DNA from: Octopus sinensis
Lineage: Eukaryota
NCBI RefSeq assembly: GCF_006345805.1
Contig: NC_043003.1
Location: 63,674,001-63,738,000 of the forward strand
DNA: 64,000 nucleotides
Direction: 5' to 3'
A program made the position numbers and the translations under genes. The notes under the pieces are model-generated. The model worked only from the letters and a program-made list of their open reading frames with translations. It was not told the origin of the DNA and searched no databases. Positions 59,870-64,000 of the stretch are shown piece by piece; position 1 is the first letter of the stretch; each line of letters begins with the position of its first letter.

Positions 59870-60470
59870 CTTCTTCTATTTGGCACAAGACCAGTAATTG
59901 TAATGGACAGGAGTTCAACTGGAATTTATTTTACCAACCCCAAAAGGGGGAAAGGCAAAAATTGACTTTGACAGTATTTAAACCCCGAGCGTCGTATGGG
60001 AAGGGCATTTCGATCGACGTGCTAATGATACTTTCATCTCGCCTCCTCTTGTAAGATTAAAATATTTCATACTGTTATAGACACAAGGCCTGAAATTTGG
60101 AGAAAGGGACTAGATGATTCCATCAACTCCAGTGTCCAATAGCGCTTATTTTATCGTCCGGGAAAGAATGAAAGGCAAAGTCAACCACGGAAGAATTTAA
60201 AGGTAAAACCGAAAGCATTTTTTCCGGCGCCTTTAGAAAGACTAAAATATTGGTTTCAAATTTTGGCACAAGGCCAGCAATTTCGGGGGAGGAGAGTACG
60301 TTGATTACCTCAACCCCAAAGATCAACTGGTACTTATTTTATCGACCCTGAAAGGAAGATAGTGAAAGTTAACCTCAACAGAATATGAACTCAGAACGTA
60401 GAGACGGACGAGATGCTGCTAAGCATTTCGCCCGACAACCTAAAGATTCTGCTAGCCCGCCGCCTTATAT
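59870..60470 (-). mobile_element. Cluster of three degenerate SINE family A (tail 2) copies
   Basis: Repeated GGCACAAGGCC..AAAGGCAAAGTCAAC..GAACTCAGAACG. Confidence 0.7.
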
Positions 60471-60481
60471 AAAATCAAATG

Positions 60482-60694
60482 CAGTAATCCCTCGACTATC
60501 GCGTGTGTTATGTTCCAAAAACCCTCGTGGTAGTTGAAAAACCGCGAAGCAGAAACAGCACTGTTTTGTATTTCTTTTTTCATTATTTGTATATATTTAT
60601 TTTACTATAAGTGCAAAACAATACCACAGAGGAATCGACGTGAGCTTAATTATAAACTGCGATCACTGAACCGCGATATGGCGAGGGATTACTG
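60482..60694. mobile_element. pogo/Tigger-type MITE (213 bp)
   Basis: CAGTAATCCCTCG..CGAGGGATTACTG|TA; left TA reads TG. Confidence 0.8.
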
Positions 60695-60699
60695 TATTG

Positions 60700-60910
60700 A
60701 TTTCAAATTTTACCACAAGGGCAGCAATTTCGGGGGAAGTGGGGTAAGTCGATTACATCGACCCCAGTGTTCAACTGGTACTTATTTTATCGAGCTCGAA
60801 AGGATGAAAGGCAAAGTCGACCTTGGCTAAGTTTGAACTCAGAACAAAGACAAACGAAATGCTGTTAAGCATTTTACCCGGCATGCTAACGATTCTGCCA
60901 GGTTGCCACC

Positions 60911-60912
<2 letters not shown>
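60700..60912 (-). mobile_element. SINE family A (tail 2)
   Basis: GGTAAGTCGATTACATCGACCCC..GGCAAAGTCGACC..CTGCCAGGTTGCCACC. Confidence 0.85.
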
Positions 60913-60960
<48 letters not shown>

Positions 60961-60961
<1 letters not shown>

Positions 60962-61515
60962 GCCCTGATGCAGTACCAGGCAGTGGCTCTCATGGCTTCT
61001 GATCTTAACTGATTGGAAGTGTTATCATGTACATTGTTTTGTCTTGGTATAAAAGATGGGCTACAGCAAATATTCTGCTCAATACCACAGATTTGCTTGT
61101 CAGTTGTTTGACCTTAACCAGTTGAGCATGTCCCTTAGTGGCTGACGATATGTGCATCTCTGATCACGAGCAGAAGTAGTGGGGGAGCATCATAGCCATG
61201 TGTTGAGAAGGATTCTTTGGGGTTTGAATAATTCACCTCTGGAAACATGGGTGTTTCGTTCAACGTCCTTAAACAACCCTTATTCAGGGACCTTTTGAGC
61301 AGGATGGGTTACTTGATCTGAAGAAAATTCTAACTGGGCTCCACCTGCAAGGTCATGTGCTGTTTATCTTGATATGAGATCACCATGTCGCGCACATATG
61401 GTTGTGATGCATGTGCCTGGTGTACCCTTATCAGACGGGTAGTCATGATGGGTATACTGGGCTTCGTATATTTTACCCCAGTGTCACTTTGATGGCATGC
61501 TCTGCTCGCTCACTC
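60961..61515. mobile_element. 555-bp element bounded on both sides by (TAA)n
   Basis: (AAT)n at 60912-60959 and 61516-61580 flank a non-repetitive insert TGCCCTGATGCAG..CTCGCTCACTC; a Dong/R4-type derivative is suspected. Confidence 0.55.
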
Positions 61516-61580
<65 letters not shown>

Positions 61581-61584
<4 letters not shown>

Positions 61585-61972
61585 GAAAAAGTTTTGAATG
61601 GTACAACAATGCACTATAATATTTTTAAAAATTGACTATATACCTGTTGTAATTTAGTTAGCCATAGTCCGATGATATTTCGGAATATACAATTCCTTCT
61701 TCAGATATTCTTAGATGGAGTCGCTGCTATAATCGGTTTCCCAACGACTTTTTTTTTTTTTTTTTTTGTGAAAAGCCGTTGGAAAACCGATTGTAGCAGC
61801 GACTCCATCGAAGAATATCCGAAGGAATTGTATTCCGAAGGAATTGTATTCCGAAGGAATTGTATTCCGAAATATCATCGGACTATGGATAACTAAATTA
61901 CAACAGGTAAATAGTTCATTTTTTTTTATATTATAGTGCATTGTTGTACTATTCAAAACTTTTTATTCTTTA
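61581..61972. mobile_element. Foldback element (~170-bp arms) with three 16-bp tandem repeats in the right arm
   Basis: AAAAAGTTTTGAATGGTACAACAATGCACTATAAT / ATTATAGTGCATTGTTGTACTATTCAAAACTTTTT; CCGAAGGAATTGTATT x3 at 61819-66. Confidence 0.85.
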
Positions 61973-62013
61973 GAAACAATACACAATGCTTCAAGCGAAC
62001 TACAATACTCTCC

Positions 62014-62094
<81 letters not shown>

Positions 62095-62098
<4 letters not shown>

Positions 62099-62310
62099 CC
62101 TTTCTTCCATAGGCACAAGGCCTGAAATTTGTAGGGAGGGGACTAGTAGATCACATCGACTCCAATGTTCAACTGGTATTTCTTTTATGCGAGCTCGAAA
62201 GGATGAGAGTCAAAGCCGACCTTGGCAATGTTTGAACTCCGAAGGTTAGGACGGACGAAATACTGCCAGGCATTTAGTCCAGATCGGTAACAGTTCTGCT
62301 AGCTCGCCGC
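62095..62310 (-). mobile_element. SINE family A (tail 2) with long (ATT)n tail
   Basis: (AAT)n 62015-97 adjoins CCTTTCTTCCATAGGCACAAGGCCTGAAATTT. Confidence 0.8.
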
Positions 62311-63066
62311 ATCAAATATTGATATTAGTTACGTAGAGTAGAACAGTCGCACCTTATTTCTCAACAGAAAACAATAGATGAAACTTGAGTAGGCTGAGGT
62401 TTAGTATGAGAGCTTACATCAATTGTATCAGATGAGACTCTTAATTGGAGGCTTTGTTGGTGAGAAAAGCTTCTTGTAAGCCAAAGAACAATTACTGGCG
62501 GACAGATATAAAGCAAACAAGCGGTAGAATATTAAATTTCACTTGAATGTGCACTTGGAAGTGTTTTAACGTTTTCAACAGTGGAAAAACTAAGTCAATA
62601 AACATAACTGTATTTCGTTTTTCTTTCTTTTCAGCAACAAAATAAACAGAGAACACGAACCTATTCCATTAACTTTCCTAATAACACCTGGATTTGAAAC
62701 AGCAACAATTCCAAATACGAGTGGAAATAAAGAAAAGATACACGAGTTGAAATAAAAACACAAGTACAGGTGTTCCCGTAAGAAATAAAAATTGCATTGA
62801 GAAAGAAAAAAGCATCCATTCATGCAACGAATGATATAAAACGACAGGAAACGTGACTCAGAAGATAAACAGTATAGAGTAATTCATTAAACTAGTTAAC
62901 AGGGTGTGTACTAAGTCATACCAAACCGCCATTTCTAAAATGAGCAGATGGTGTACAGTTGATGTAGTTCAGCTTCTTTTTACTCACACAAGCGCACAAG
63001 CCATATATATATATATATATATAAATATACACCCATATCCTATCCTGTTCTGTTCACTCTACTCCT

Positions 63067-63100
<34 letters not shown>

Positions 63101-63346
63101 TTACATGCAGATAACAAACACACGTGTAAATAATCAGTTCGAAAAATTTCCCGTATTCCAATAGCGGTAAATAATAAGGATAAATATTTATCTATGGCTA
63201 GTAGTAGTAGTAGTAGTAGTATCAGCAGAAGCAGTGCGATAGCGTCAATTATTTTTTTCGTAATCAGAGACAACCATAAGTTGTTGGTCAGTTTTTCTGA
63301 CTTCAAAGGAGAAAAGATACGAAGACATCTGATAACATTCAGAAGT

Positions 63347-63398
63347 TCTGCTGCTGTTGTTGCTGCTGCTGCTGCTGTTGTTGTTGCTGTTATTGTTG

Positions 63399-63467
<69 letters not shown>

Positions 63468-63735
63468 TTGTTGTTGCTGTTGTTGCCGCGGCTGTTGTTG
63501 TTCTTGCCGTTGTTGCGGCTGCTGCTGTTGTTGTTGTTGTTACTACTGCTATTGTTGTTGCTGCTGCTATCGTTGTTACTGTTGTTGTTGTTGTTGTTGT
63601 TATTACTGCTGCTGTTGATGTTGTTATTGCTGTTGCTGCTGCAGTTGTTGTTGTTGTTCTTGTCGTTGTTGCGGCTGCTGTTGCTGTTGCTATTGTCGCT
63701 GTTGTTGCTGCTGCTGCTACTACCGCTGCTATTGT
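63347..63735. repeat. (GTT/GCT)n trinucleotide tract
   Basis: Source of the spurious poly-V/A/L/T ORFs. Confidence 0.95.
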
Positions 63736-63754
63736 TGCCAGCAATTTCGGTGAA

Positions 63755-63970
63755 GAATGTAAGTCGATTATATCGACCCTAGTGCGTAACTGGTACTTAA
63801 TTTATCGACCCCGAAAGGATGAAAGGCAAAGTCGACCTCGGCGGAATTTGAACTCAGAACGTAGCGGCAGACGAAATACTTATTTCTTTACTACCCACAA
63901 GGGGCTAAACGCAGAGGGGACAAACAAGGACAGAAAAACGGATTAAGTCGATTACATCGACCCCAGTGCA
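63755..63970 (-). mobile_element. SINE family A tandem bodies
   Basis: TAAGTCGATTATATCGACCC..GGCAAAGTCGACCTCGGCGGAATTTGAACTCAGAACG, then a second tail. Confidence 0.85.
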
Positions 63971-64000
63971 TCCATTCTTTGAACTTTGGTAAGAGGTTCG

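Noticed and set aside
61819-61871. CRISPR-like or regular repeat array (also 54914-55010 and 5170-5222)
   Set aside because: These are contiguous tandem repeats without spacers in eukaryotic DNA.

Overview
AT-rich, repeat-saturated animal genomic DNA with a 100-N assembly gap at 25099-25198. The SINE families, microsatellite load and LINE/Penelope content suggest an octopod cephalopod; this is inference from recalled repeat families, not a database search. No intact protein-coding gene can be named, and most listed ORFs are translations of microsatellites or SINEs. Content: about 40 tRNA-derived SINE copies in three families, decayed retroelements (R4/Dong-like LINE RT, RTE fragments, three Penelope-like elements), DNA-transposon remnants (mariner, Tc1/pogo MITEs, hAT-like, piggyBac-like) and many foldback palindromes in or next to (TA)n/(TAA)n tracts. 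The most notable signal is a set of hammerhead-ribozyme (HHR) motifs. A near full-length Penelope-like element (34408-38850, RT plus Cys-rich GIY-YIG) has about 200-bp inverted ends, each carrying an intact-core type I HHR with a very long stem II. A tRNA-headed SINE-like element (51-497) carries a minimal HHR. Several short non-autonomous families carry minimal or variant HHRs. Four weak candidate host exons are flagged (9901-10068 +, 23800-23967 -, 26261-26336 -, 41189-41233 +). Element boundaries are approximate unless defined by a TSD or TIR.
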